Below, piece by piece: positions 38,692 through 52,329 of a DNA stretch of 64,000 nt. This DNA is from Tubulanus polymorphus (Eukaryota; Animalia; Nemertea): the NCBI RefSeq assembly GCF_964204645.1, contig NC_134032.1, forward strand, positions 3,310,175 to 3,374,174, given 5' to 3'. Position 1 is the first letter of the stretch; every line of letters starts with the position of its first letter. A program made the position numbers and the translations under genes. The notes beneath the pieces were generated by a model that saw only the letters and a list, made by a program, of their open reading frames with translations, made no database searches and was not told the DNA's origin.

Positions 38692-39605
38692 CGATGTTAT
38701 CATTTCGCGGAACGACGGAATCGCGGGATTTTTCAAAAACACAGAATTTCTTCATTTTCACTATAAATAGTAATCGGGTTTTCCCGAGGGGTTACCCACT
38801 GTCGGACAAGGCATCGGACACATGTTTTCATAAACGGGTACCTGTAGGCCTATCTGATGATTCATTATATCGCCAATCAACTACTTAATCTGTGATGCAG
38901 AGTATCGCCGTATTGTACTATACTGAAGGAATCAAATGAAATGTTGGTAAATGAATAAATAGACGTTATGTATATTTCATTCTGGTTTTAGGATTATTCA
39001 TGCGTGTTGTGTTTCTACATTGTTATAAGCAAAAGTAGTGAATCTGGGAACGTTTATGGAAATTGAATGATATTAGAAATTATAAAATGGTTTCGTTTTT
39101 TAAGATGTTTTCTTAATGACTGCTATTTCATATTTGTTCCTACGAACTGAATATTTGGAACAAATAATAAGTATCTTATTGGTACTAAATCGGTACTTGT
39201 TTGGTCTTAGGATCTCATGTTTGCAACCACGTAGAAATACGGCCCGACCTACCGCGAACGTGCTCAAATTCGACTGATAATATTCGTTCTGAAGTTTGCA
39301 AAAAGTCGACTAACCTCGATAACCGAAGTTTGTCTAGGTTGTCCCTTTCTCCTATCTGATTCTGTCTGCTGCTGCGGGTAGCAGCAGACAGCCAGTCAAC
39401 GGGTCAACGGAATCGTCAACTTATTTCCGATAAAATAGCCTGCAAATAATGGGATTCGAACCTAACAGTGTATCGATCGGTCCGGTGCCTTGTCCGACAA
39501 TGGGTATCCCCACGGGAAAACACGGTACTCTTTATAGCGAAAATGAAGAAATTCCGTGTTTTTTTTAATTCCGCGATTCTGTTGTTCCGTGTTATGACAG
39601 CACCG
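38692..39605. mobile_element. MITE of the same TIR family as 20562-21714, 9-bp TSD CCGATTGCC
   Basis: TSD at 38683-38691 and 39606-39614. TIRs homologous to the 20.5-kb MITE; interior different. Confidence 0.9.
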
Positions 39606-40631
39606 CCGATTGCCATAGTTTACAAGATTGGCCACGAAATCCGACATTAGGATATGACATAAAGTTTCTATGTATAACTTTTACAAAATCGATGAATTGG
39701 TTCATAGCGAGTCTCCGAATGTTAAGTTTTTCAAAAAACTGAATTTTTCCTCGGCCTTACTAACATTATGAAATCAAAATTATGTATAAGTAACACTCAG
39801 AGTAGAGAAGATATTGATATTAGAGAAGGATTTTTGAAACAACATTTTGCGGTCACATTGAATGGATTTGACTTACTATCGTATTATTTTCATCTTTTTT
39901 GAAGTTATAACATAAATTATTATAATTGGGTATTTGGTTTTTATTTCAAAATTTTATTATTAGTTCATTATCTTATTATTATTTGCTGAGGAATTCCTGA
40001 TTATTCAGTGTATCCCTTTCACGTAACAAATTTTGTATATTGTCTCTCTCGTTATTTATGTCTACTTTATTCGGTAGTGGAACTTCATGTGTTGTCTCTC
40101 CGCCAGTCGAGGTCGGTGAAATTGGGCCGCTGTTCATTTAAATTGAAACAGCTCTGACATAGAGAAGGAAACTACAAGTGGTGAAAACGACATGATACGG
40201 ATGATACCTTTAATTGACGTACAATGTATAATATCTATTGTGTGTACCTAATATAGCTTGAAAAAATGCTGAAAATCGCTTAACAAAAAGATTATTTAGC
40301 TTTTGATTGAGAACTTTTCATTGATTTATATCTCTATCTGATTCATTCATTTTATCCTAGTACGTATTTGATTCGAAATAAGTTCAACTTTGTCCTAGAA
40401 AACGTGGAATGTTTAAGTCTATGCACGTGTCTCGAAATATGGAATTTCTATTCGGAAATTTAATTTTGAAGAAGGATAGGACAAAAAGTCCATTACTGTC
40501 TAATATTGTCGTTTCATGTGTCAAAATCTGGAAGGAGAAAATCATATTGTAAAGGATTTACGTTTGTCTCGTCTGGCTGTGACCATTTATTTTCAACGTT
40601 AAATTTCTGATTCGGGCGTTACAAATAGTCG

Positions 40632-41552
40632 TCATTTCTGTTCGAACATTTTCGCAAATTCCCGTCTAAATCTCGAACCGCACAACATGTACAGAACGAA
40701 ATTGATAGCACTTTTCGTGTACTCCAGTAGCCGCAAGAGCGGCCCCAAAACCTCAACAAATCCGCCATAAAATGCCCCGTTGTTTCGATCGCTCTAGACA
40801 CGTAAAGCCTTCTCAGGCATCGTCGTAACGATGAATACGATGCTAATTGCTAGTAACGTTTTGGTTGTGTTATTTTCTGCTTTCGAAGATGTTTCTGATT
40901 TGGAAATCGTCTGTCGTTGTGACGAGGCTGATATGAGTCGTCGGATGATGGCGGCGTTCATACTCGTGATAATTAAGGAGGGGCAGAGAGCGCCGAACAT
41001 TAAGTCCATCCAAACGAATACATTGATGTAGAAATATTTATATGAATCGGAGACTGTTTGGCAGTGATAGCCGAGTAGCGGGGGGCGTTTCATATACCGG
41101 ACACCAAACAAAATATGGCCGTCGAAAAAGGTCGTGGCTATCACAACGGACAACATTCCTAATGCGGAATTTCGGCGAGTTGCTACTGTCGAAGCCTTCA
41201 ACGGAAACGTGACACAACAAAATCTTTCAAGCGTCAAGATGACGATTAACCAAGAGCCCGCGTGCAACGAAAATATGGCCAGAAACGCGGAGATGGGACA
41301 CGAAGCAAGTAAAGCGTTATAGTGAATAACTAGACGAAGAAGACCGTGATCGAGTGTGATCGTGTCGATAATCGCCAGACAATATAACATTAGAATCGTA
41401 GATGACATTTTGCTGCCACGCGGCGCCGTTCTTTTTAGAACGACAATACTGAGGATGTTGCCTACAGTGCCGAATATCACTAAAACAATGCCACCCAATC
41501 CCAATATGTAGTGACCTACTGGATTCGTTCTCGTTACTTCGCTACCGTTCAT
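40632..41552 (-). pseudogene. Rhodopsin-class GPCR with a premature TAG (40794-40796) before TM7
   Basis: GTVGN, LAIID, LTLERF..V.FPL, TTMP. The frame continues past the stop as ...SAINFVLYMLCGSRFRREF. Confidence 0.88.
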
Positions 41553-41959
41553 TATAATATTCGGCGCAGTTCGTTGTGAATATATCAGTTATGTGTTGAA
41601 ATTCGATGAAATGCATCTATTGCCGGCGATATTAATTGTGTAAAAGTGCAATATGCATAAATAAAATCTCACTCGAGAAAAGTGTTAAAACTAATGGGTG
41701 TATATGTAACATGTTCTAATGTAAGTAGGAATGATATCTGAGGAATATTTAACGTGAAAACCAACTCCAATATTGTCAATTTAAAATCTATACTATAAAG
41801 GGTAAACTAGTTTTTCATAACCAGCTGCGCAAAACCTATTCATTGTTTGATTATGAAACTTGGCATGCACACAGAGGAATAGATTTTCGTGGTCAAGTTA
41901 ACAATTTCATTTGGATCCATGGTCTTATTCCACCCGAATTCGAATCCCTAAAATCCCAG

Positions 41960-42230
41960 TAGATTCCAGAAGCTGGCAGTAGATTTCTACGAATATCGAA
42001 TCCGGACTTGCCACGACTTGCACCAAAAGCTGTATAGCGAATAACTAGACGGAGAAGACCGTGATCGAGTGTGATCGTGTCCATAATCACCAGACATAAT
42101 AAAGTTAGAATCGTAGATGACATTTTTGCAGCCACGCGGTGCTGTTCTTTTAGAACGACGATACTGAGGATGTGTCCTACAGTGCCGAATAACACTAAAA
42201 CAATGCCATCCAATCCCAGTATGTAGTGAC
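41960..42230 (-). pseudogene. TM1-ECL1 fragment of a paralog of the 41.5-kb GPCR, cut at its 5' side by an LTR
   Basis: HYILGLDGIVLVLFGTVGHILSIVVLK...DTITLDHGLLRLVI is nearly identical to the 41552 gene. Confidence 0.88.
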
Positions 42231-42610
42231 TGTCATGAAATACTGGCTTGTGAATAGTGTAAACCCGGCAATCCCTTAATTGTTGGTATTGTGATTGGAG
42301 ATTAATCCAGGTTGGGTCGAATGCACATATACCGGTGTGTAAGGTCAGACGGGCCCATTGAGGCCCGGCGTGCACACGAGAGTGTGTGTTGTTGTGCAAG
42401 TGGCTAGCTATGGGAACGAGTGTGTGAGAGGATCTCAGATCACCACGGAACCGATTTTGAAATCATACGGTGAAATAAATTACAAAATTAGAAATATATA
42501 TACCAATTATAAAGTTTAATTTCGTTTGTATTATTTCCTGTCGTGGTGGTGTTGCAGGAGACTGAGGGAGGATTGGCAATTCTATGACATTTTGGTGGCA
42601 GCGATGGGAT
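42231..42610 (+). mobile_element. 5' LTR (42231-42589) with tRNA-Leu primer-binding site of an LTR retrotransposon (Gypsy-like); internal part lost
   Basis: TGTCAT...ATGACA termini, followed after 3 nt by TGGTGGCAGCGATGGGAT, complementary to a tRNA-Leu 3' end. Confidence 0.8.
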
Positions 42611-42949
42611 TGTCAATTGCAAATCCTATCCAGTCTAACTTGTAGCATAGCTAACGTCGGAAATAATACATATTTTACAACTGTTTACTCCAAGTACACC
42701 TTAGTTGGTAAACACCCTCGTAGGATGAAGTTTATTCAGTAAGTATAGACTATAATAGTAACATACGTATACCGGAATACCGGTCGTTTGTTTTGAAGGT
42801 ATGTTTGTTTCGTTACGTACGTATAACGTCGTGGAGTCGGGTTAGGAACAACCAGTATCGTTGAATAATTATTAGTTAGCCTCTTGTTTTAAGTCTGTTA
42901 CGGTGTTGTGAGTTTTCTTGTGAAGACAAGACAAATTCAACTAGGATGT

Positions 42950-45010
42950 CTGGTGTTACCGATTATGTTGATGCGGGAAAAGGATTGGTCTCGAAGGGCC
43001 CGATTTAGAGAAGTTTGTACAGCAGCACCATTAGATTTAGGATACTGGATGATTTTACATGTGTCAATGACACATTCGAAAGTTTATTCATAGAAATCCA
43101 ATTAACACAATTTGCAATTTTACATCAACTAGGACGGTTAGTTATCGAAAAATGTCAGATCATGATATCGCTCGATTTAAACGGAAGCTCATTTCACATG
43201 ATTGGACTCATGTGTTTAATATTCATGATGCTAATGTGGCCTATAACTCTTTTTATATGGTATTCTACAAATATTACACGGAATGTTTCCCTATAATCAA
43301 AGAAAGTTTTCGATATATAGGGACAAGAAACACGAATGGTTTTCTAATGGTTTATTGATGTCTTTAAAAAAGAAGGATTCTCTTTATAGAAGATACCTGT
43401 CTAGTAAATTTCAAACTGATAGAAATATCTACAATAGATATAGAAACTTTTTTAATACATGTATCAAAAAGGCTAAAAGGCTTCACTATAACTCTATGTT
43501 AAGCAATGCGAGAGATTCCAAGGAATAATTAATGAACTTATTAATATAACATCGTCAAATTCTAAATTTTCGCATGTTTTGAACAGAATGGTGTGATGTA
43601 CAAAAATAATGTTAGTATAGCCGATGAATTTAATAAGTGTTTTGCACAAGCGGGTCCAAATTTAGCCATTGATATTTTACCTACTAACATTTTTCTCTTT
43701 TCTGGGTCCGCCACAACAAAATGATATCTTATTCTCTCTCACAGATTCTTTAGAAATTAAAAATATTGTTTCAAAATTTTAAAATAGTAATAACACTGGT
43801 CATGATGGTATCAATCAAAAGATCCTCAAGAGAGTAATTGACGCTATATCTCTGCCGTTATCTCATATTTTAAATCTAAGTTTGATTAATGGGCAAGTAC
43901 CTGAATGCTTCAAAATATCAAAGATATTACATTTGTTCAAATCGGGAGATGTTTCACATTTTTCAAACTACAGACCTAAACAATATCAATACTCCCATGT
44001 ATTTCCAAGATCTTAGAAAAAGTAGCTTACAAAAAAGTTTTTTCAACAAGTATAAAATGCTATCTCCATGTCAATTTGGATTTAGGAAAGACCATTCCAC
44101 CAACATGGCTATTACTGTTATCATAGATAAAATCATCAATAATTTAGACAATGGCAAATCTACTATAGGAATATTTCTAGATCTTTCGCGTGCATTTGAT
44201 AGAGTGAATCATGAAATTCTATTGTCAAAACTTTGCCATTATGGCATCAGAGGTACGCAATTACTCTGGTTTAGAAATTATCTTTCAAACCGTTTTCCGA
44301 CTGTTCTTTTTAAAGAGACTACTACCACTACCTATCCTGTATTATGTGGTGTGCCCCAAGGTTCTATTTTGGTGCCGATCCTTTTCTTATCATATATAAA
44401 TGACCTTGTAAACGCATCAAGCGTTTTTAATTTTATCATGTTTGCTGATGATGCCAATGTATTCACTTCTCATATCAATATTTTAACTATGATAGTTAAT
44501 ACAGAACTACACAAACTGAATATCTGTTTTCGGGCAAACAGGCTTTCATTGAATTTGAAAAAGATTCATTTCATATTTTTCAGTCGTGCTAAACATAAAC
44601 ACTCAATTTCTATCAAAATCAACAATATGTCTATATCACAAGTTTCGACAACCAAATTTCTAGGCGTTCAAGTTGACGACCAGCTTACTTGGAAGTCACA
44701 AATGAATGGCATCTGTACTAAACTATAACGGTTCATTGGTATAATGGGTAGACTTTATGGAATTTTGTCAAAAACAACTTTACTGCAGTTGTATTATTCT
44801 TTCATTTATTGCCATCTCACCTATTGTTTTATTGTATGGGGTAATACTTATCCTTCAAACTTATGAAAGCTGGAACTTCTCCAGAAGAAAGCGTTCCGCA
44901 TTATCTTTAAAACCGATATTAGAGCCCATACCTCACCATTATTTAAATCTGCAAAAATTTTTAAATTGGCAGATATAAACAATTTTCAAAATGGACAATT
45001 CGTGTATCGT
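42950..45010 (+). mobile_element. Decayed CR1-group LINE ORF2 (reverse transcriptase)
   Basis: QFGFRKDHST, FLDLSRAFD, GVPQGSILVP, FADDAN, KFLGVQVDDQLTW; many frameshifts. Confidence 0.92.
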
Positions 45011-45079
45011 ATTAAATTATAGTATTAATGATCTAGTTTATGGGTTGGGTGTGATAGCCTCTTAACTGGGAAACCCAAG

Positions 45080-45260
45080 TGGCAACCATGCTGTTGATGC
45101 TCTTGGGGTAAAGCTCCTAGATCTATGTAAAACTTCAGAATCACCAATGGTCGTGTTTCAGCTGACTAAACGGGTAAATCTGCTTGTTACAACCACCATG
45201 GTGCGTGCACCAAGTACAATTGGTTATTTAGTTGGAATGGGAGAATATTTTGTAATGTTG
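45080..45260 (+). mobile_element. LINE apurinic-endonuclease fragment
   Basis: Reads LGVKLLDLCKTS...NGR...GK..CYNHHG, typical of the LINE APE C-terminal region. Confidence 0.5.
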
Positions 45261-46109
45261 AAATGTTGTATATAAATCCACCATCTGCGCACTCTATCCA
45301 TTGTAAGCTATCTACTCTAATCTAAGCTGGTTCCTTCCATATCCCCCTCACGGTTGCTTACAATTCCATCTCGGACAACGCCCTACCCGTTGGATTTTTT
45401 GTGAGCCTTGTTCTCATGTCGCAAGATATATAACTGCTCCCTCTGCTGCGGATATCCAGTCAGAAATTACAAATGCCATTGACAATATCTCTGGTGTCAA
45501 TATCTCTTTGATTAATAACATCCTTGCCAAAACTGCAACGCGCAGGCAGCGGTGGAAACCCATCGGATGACTTCAGTAGTATGACGACTAATCCAAATGC
45601 GTATAACATACACTTAATAAATTGAATTGGAAGAAGTGGTGAATTTGAGTGTATCGAGAAAAGAAAATACGACTTACAGTTAGTTAAGAGCAATAAGACG
45701 AACGATTTCAATCGACGTGACTCATCCGATGACGACTTCAGAGAGTTTCACTAAGAAATCACCGACGATTCTGAACAAACAGTATTTCAGTGGTACAAGT
45801 GAAGAACCTGCTCCAGATCGTTAGACAACAAACAGTGTTGCATCCCGAGTTGCTGATTTTTCTTTTCAATTATCTGCACTAGTGTCACCTCGCAGCAATT
45901 ATATATAACTGCACGTGCTTCTGCCAATCTAACGCTCCCGATAATAGATTGCGTAGTCGCAACAAAAGCGACGATAAGAGGAGGTTGCTGCTGCTGCTGC
46001 TGCGATCGAATTAGAATTGATTCCTGTGTTTCCAACTCCCTGTTTTGTTTTCGTTTCGTTGTCGCTAATTGGGCGCCGGAATCGATGGGTGAAATAAGCA
46101 ATTAATTAA

Positions 46110-46569
46110 TTTCATTGAATGACGTCATAAGTTGTAAAATCAACGACCAGAAATGGTTAAAGACGGTTCTTTATTTCATGAGGAATAATCTCCTAAAAAT
46201 CCTAGACCTTCCAGAGTGACTAGGTTGGAACACGAGAATAAAATAAACGACAAAAAATGCCGATAACCTTAAGATACGCCTTAAGATAGACTCGAACCGG
46301 CGACCTCCAGCGCGCGCCAGACGATCACGCTAATCACTCGACCATAGACCAGTAGTGACGAAGTTTGTAAGTTTGTCTAGCGATTGAAGTGGCTAGTGAC
46401 CAGTCAGATGAAGTGACTTGGTGCATGGTGACTGTTGGCCGTTTCTACGGCCCGCTCATTCTATGGTTACTGCAGTACCTTATCGGCCCTAAACCCTCTC
46501 TGATTACGAGTCGCCCATTGTAAGAAATCAAACTAATATAGTTTGTGTACGCTGCAGTTCATGTATTTC
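46110..46569. repeat. Second copy of the 450-bp tRNA-containing dispersed repeat
   Basis: Aligns with 9260-9711. Confidence 0.85.
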
Positions 46570-46626
46570 TTGCTATATTTGGCATACGCCTACATCAATA
46601 AATCTACGACATTTGATTTCGCCTGT

Positions 46627-49600
46627 TTAGTCACGGAGTCGTCCACTAGATGGCGCTATATTCACCTGTGCGGTGTTATTTGCCAGTCGCCCGAATAAAC
46701 GTTTCAATATTCTGGAGTCTGTAGGCCGCCTACACATGTATCTCCTCTTCTTGCGGCGACGCGCCGGAGAGCGGCCATTTTTCTTGGTAAAACGTATCTT
46801 GCAGATAACAAATTTCTGTCGTCCTAGAAACAAATCGAAAAACCGTTTTAGTTTGAATGTTCACTTAGGAAAGTCGACTAGAGACCCTGTCTCCGGCTGA
46901 ATGGTTGTGTTGAGCGAATTTTTTCACGAGGCATTTGACAAATTTTCAGTGACTATCTTCACTGGCTGCTAGAGATACCCTACCGTTTGACTCGTCTGGA
47001 TGTGGCGCACTTGGAGCTGGAGTCCTGGTACTAGGAGTCGAAGTTATCTTCGAATTTTGAGTCGTTGTTGATGTTGGAACGAGAGTCGTTGGAGCTGGTG
47101 TCATTGGAGCTGGGGTCGTCGGAACTGGAGTCGTTGGAGCTGGAGTCGTTGGAACTGGAGTCGTTGGAACTGGAGTCATTGGAGCTGGAGTTGTTGGAGA
47201 TGTATCCGGTGTCATACAAGACGCTACTAAATCCTTCATCTCCAGGTTAGAATCGATCCCGTCAAACTGTTGCGTCACACTTTCATCCGTTCTCACTTTT
47301 GTACAATTTACTACAGAACAAACGAGAAAATGAAGTTAATCAACGCCTTGAAAAATAAAACATATTTCATAATGTTGTCGATAACGAATTATGTGATACA
47401 AATTGTATATTAAGGATAATATTGTATTTGTACAGATGGATCTCGCGAGAACCCTCGAGAAAATTACTTCGGGAAACGCGACGGGATCTCGTGAGAACCT
47501 TCGAGACACTTACGCGAACATGAATCGTCGGTGTTAACGTACGGTTTGACGGAAGATACGAAAACTCTATCGCACCAACAACTGCAGGTGACCGGATAAA
47601 GCAAAGCGTTATAGCTGCACACATTCCTGTCACCACAATCTGAAAACAATCAAATAAAAACAACCAGAATAAAATTGTTGTTTATAATGTGGATCTACCG
47701 ACTGAAACAACTTAAGGAGTTTTTCAACAAAAGACGTCCACGCTAAATTTCAAAGTTTTGACCTCCCTCCCCCATGTCCGCATATAAATGTCTACATTGA
47801 ACTACCCCTACCCCTGTCCATCGGAGTAAGAAAACGACCAAAGAATCATCCAGTCATAAGAAATAATGTCTTTTTCCTTCATTTATTGTATATTCCCCCG
47901 CCCAATGCGTTACTTGAAACTCACCACATAACTGATATTCTGCGTTGAAGTTGTCGGGACAATCCAGTGAAGGTTCCGCACTCGACATTCGCTCACTGTT
48001 TTGACGAAATTTCCTATGATGAAGCAAAAATAATCAGGATGAATTAAAATTTGCAGATGTTCCTGGAATCATGGATCGTCATCTATCAGAATTTACCGGA
48101 ACTGACTGAATTCCGATGGAGCTACTAAAGACATGTTGTTCGAAAATACCATAATCATAGCTCGCCATCTTTTGGAACTTTCCAAAAATTACTGAATGTC
48201 CGGAATTGTTAAGTTAAACGAAAATCCAAAAGGTAGGATCATACCCGAATTAATGATTTGTGTTTAATTAGGAACCAATTAGAATTTACAATCAATGGGT
48301 TCGAACCTAGGACCTCTCTTATCATCGATTCAGCATCTGAGACATACTCGGAATCAACTCGGTTTCGAACCCGGGACAGTCTGATTATGATAATCTGCTT
48401 ATTAGGTCGGTTTAAAGCTCTTGAGATTTTTTCAAATATTCGTTTAGTAAATATTTGTTTAAACTTTTGCGTGAGAGGACGTCAGTTGGGTGGCCTAGCT
48501 CAGCCAGTTTTAGTGGAACAAACTTGATAGGTGTTTATTGAACCAGCACAGATTGAGGCAGCTGAACTGAAACATCAACCTTTAAAATCCATTTTATGCT
48601 GTAATGAAGGATTACCAAAAAGTCTCTTTGAAGACAACCATATTCTAAAGGAGAATTTTCGGTAACATTTCAATGAAATGATCGATGTTTTTAGTTAAGC
48701 TGCTCATCTGTGCTTGTCCAACTAAACAACTTTATCAGGTATGTACTACTGAAAAGACAGCTCAGCAGGAACCCGACCCGGAGCAATTTGATATTGACAT
48801 TAGATACCAATTCTGCAAGCTCCATGCGGGTGACTCCATGATCAATTCTAAACTTGAGTGAAATGCTAAATACCTGGGGGCTATGTTACAAACGAGCACG
48901 TTCTTTTGCGGTGAACACGCCTTCAGACCGCAGCCCAACTTCATAGCAGTAGCATGTTCAAACTATAACATTGAAACAAGAAAATATAATCATAGAAATC
49001 AAGCCATTTTTAGAATCAAATCCCTGACATGATTGACATAGCGCGTTACATCTTGAGTTTGTGGAAAACCTTAAAATAAAACTTTTAAGAATTGAAAAAT
49101 AAGATAATTAGTTCTTGAATAAACGAATTTGTTTTGGTAATACACAACTTTTTTTCGAATCGACGGGAGGTGCTATAAGCTCTTACTTTCACCGCATTAT
49201 CCGGGGAGAGGAACATCGACAGAAACTGATTCGTCGTTCCGTCACTGAGTTCTCCAGCCACATCCATGAGAATACCCGCGTAGTCACGTGACTCGGCCGC
49301 AGTGACGTAATTCCGGTAGACGTTCATCACCTCATCCGCCATTACTAACACCAACTGATCCACGCGACCTCGACCTGAATCGTATAGATTATATTATTGG
49401 ATGATGACGTCATTAGGGTTGTACGGAGGGAGGTCTCTTGTTTTATTTCTGGATGGTTGTGTATTACCTGGTATATAGTTCCTCGTTTCGGATATGACGG
49501 TATCGGGACAAGTGGACGCGTAGTTTTCAGCCATACGACTCAATACTGTATCCCAATACTGAAACACAATAACATCGGCAATATCGAGTTTACGTGTAAT

Positions 49601-51215
49601 GAGAAGAGAACATTATCATTTAAGTGTCTGGCTCCCGGTTATTAAATGGTTCCTAACAAAATCGGGGGCTGTTCATAACGCGCGCAAAATGTGCCCATTT
49701 TTAAGCGTTACGTCCACATGGACTGACTTCCATCGTCTGTCTTCCATATGCAATGGATTTGACACCCAGCACAAAACCTGTCACTTAGAGTCAAAAACCG
49801 GCTCTACTTAGGACCTGCGAGTAACATCATTAGTTAACACTGACTACCCAACTATAACAAGCAGCACACACGTGCAATTCGATCAGCTAATCAAGTTTCA
49901 TTAGTTGTTCCTACGAGCAATTATCTAATCTTTCAGATAATTGCTCGTAGGTTGTTCATAGTCACAGTATAATGGTGGTCGTGCATTTTCCAACAGTGCC
50001 CCAAAGTGGGACGAGTTTCCTATCACAGCCGGGCAGTCACTTCCATCGATGGAGCAGTTAAAATGCTTTCTTTGTGGAGGCATTTTTAACTTGTAAATCG
50101 CCCTGGTGAAGCTCTTTATAAATCGCTTTGATAATTATCATTATTGTAGTTTTTGTCATTGTTATTACTAGCTTACCATACGGAACATGTATCTGTTTCG
50201 ATCGCGGGTCATTTTCAGAGTTCTATAACTGTTGACGATTTTTGTCAAAACGTCTCGTGAGGCGCCGTCCAATTCTGAAACAAAACCAGACAGGGAGGGG
50301 ATTCGATCCCGGGGGATGTTCATCGAAATTTAGACAGGACGAGAAAGGGAACACTTAAATGAAGTCCATTGAATATCCGAAATAAAAATCCAGCGGAAAT
50401 TCCAATCTTGCAAACATTACAATCTTCGTTATTATTTACTATTTCAGTTCATCACAACTAGAAACAGCATCTGGAAAACACTCTAAACATTTAAGTTATT
50501 ATTACGTGTTCTGATAATAGGGATTGAATAGGGATTGACCCTCTGATTCATTTGATTCGTAGATTTGATTTGATTTGGTGTCCCTTACAATCCCACCACA
50601 TCTGCTGCCGCGAGTGAAACAGTGGGTTTGATTTTGAAATCGAAAATCTCGAAGTACAGAAGTACATAGTTGTGTGATCGGCGGTCGAGTTTACAGAATT
50701 TTCTGTTTTTATCGATTTAGCGGTATTCTTACCTGAGTCGGCGCCTCTTTTCAGACACATGGCGTGATCGGTAACGAAACGTTCGAATCGCGCATCACAA
50801 GTCGTACCCTAAAAACCAGTCACGTGGTCAATTCATTAGAACGTAGTTTTGATGGATTCGAATAATCATCCAGGTATCACTATACGGATTGCGTTTCTTA
50901 CCCGAATCGCTTCAATCAAATAACCAGCCGTCAGCGAAACTGTGGAGGTAAAAGGAAAAAATGATATCCTAAACTAAATTACAAGACGTTTATATTTTCT
51001 TTTTTTAGAAAACCCAGTTTCGAAAGCTCTCGCGAGAAAACCACATTATCTACAAATTCTCGCGTGAGAAATCCAAAAAGTTTTGAATGCTCGGGTGAGA
51101 ACAAAAACCAGCAAACATTTTTTTTAACACGCCATCCACCATAAATAACGGTTTTTACAGTGGAAAAAATTGACGCACCTTTTATGAGAAAACCAATCGT
51201 TGAGTTTGATTTCAT
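46627..51215 (-). CDS. Multi-exon secreted CAP/SCP (CRISP/venom allergen-like) protein with Cys-rich region, Pro/Thr mucin-like stalk and polybasic tail
   Basis: About 11 GT-AG exons with consistent phases, reconstructed by hand: MKSNSTIGFLIKVSLTAGYLIEAIRGTTCDARFERFVTDHAMCL...LTKIVNSYR...MFRMYWDTVLSRMAENYASTC...KLGCGLKACS..VLVCNIAP...CDCGDRNVCSYNA..CSCWC..CSLNC...(PTTPAP)n...RRRKKRR. The 3' end is uncertain. Confidence 0.8.
49911..49950. mobile_element. 40-bp hairpin micro-MITE with perfect 7-bp TSD GTTGTTC (intronic)
   Basis: CTACGAGCAATTATCT-8 nt-AGATAATTGCTCGTAG; GTTGTTC at 49904-49910 and 49951-49957. Confidence 0.75.
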
Positions 51216-52329
51216 TATGGCTACAGCGGTCTGGATGCGTGGCGGCTCCGAAATTCGATAAGTTAGACTTGCTTTCGGTCTCCTAACTGGTCTCCTCCCT
51301 AACCGAATACCGCGGGACTTCTGACTAATCATCCACGCCCTGTGCGCTGATGATTGCATTAATATTCAGTGTTTTAATTGATTGAAGATCCATATAAACC
51401 ATCTGTTAGAATCTCAGCCGAGTGAGACAACAATTATAACTACGTGATGATCATATTTTCAATAGTCATTAGGAACCGAATTCAATATCTCAGTATTGAC
51501 TCATATCACCTGGAGGGATATTTAAGTGCGTCTTAGTTCGTCGTGATCAGGGTTATTAGGTACTTACAAAGGTTTACGGTTGTCAAATGGAAAACATGAA
51601 AAGCTCTACTTGTAAAACTGATCCGAATGGTCAAAACTGAATGTGAAACTGATACTCACGCGGTATAGAAAATTGATCTTGGGTAAAGAGTTCAAGTATC
51701 CGAACAACCATAAAAGCGATAACGTTGAAAACCTCATTTTCTAATGAGTAAAAACGGTTTATTAAACACGAACGTTTTCGAGATCATATCCCCTCATCAG
51801 ATGAATACAAGTGAATCAAATAGATAGAACTTTATAGATTTAAGTATTGAACGCGAGAAATTCACCATATCATATTTTAATCACGACAGGGTAACGACTT
51901 GTTTTATGAACCCATTGGCCAGTCAAATTCGGCGTCGTTTAAAGCGTCAAAGTAAGTAGAAGGGGTACCGAGTTCCAATTCCCGGCTGCATACGAAGACT
52001 CCGCTCTAGTCACCGTAATTTATTTAAAGTTAACCAAATACCGACTAAGAAATCAGGGAATTAAGGATTTTCACGCGAATGATCAGAAAATGTGTATGGA
52101 ATTTCACCGATGCAGCCAGTTTACAGAGTACGGCTGAGTCTACTATAATTAGACTGTTGTAGTCACTAACTCCGGAATCACGTGTAACGACATTACCAAT
52201 CGTCAATCAAATGTTAGAATCATTGACTCTAAGAGTTCGCAGGTCATAAGAGTTTCACTGTCGCACTTTTTTATAGAAAATATTCTGGTCATTTTCTTTG
52301 TCGCACGGATTTTGATGGAAAAGGAATTC

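Noticed and set aside
45460-45610. Possible signal-peptide exon MLYAFGLVVILLKSSDG
   Set aside because: No supporting downstream exons; abuts LINE debris, so it cannot be supported as a gene.
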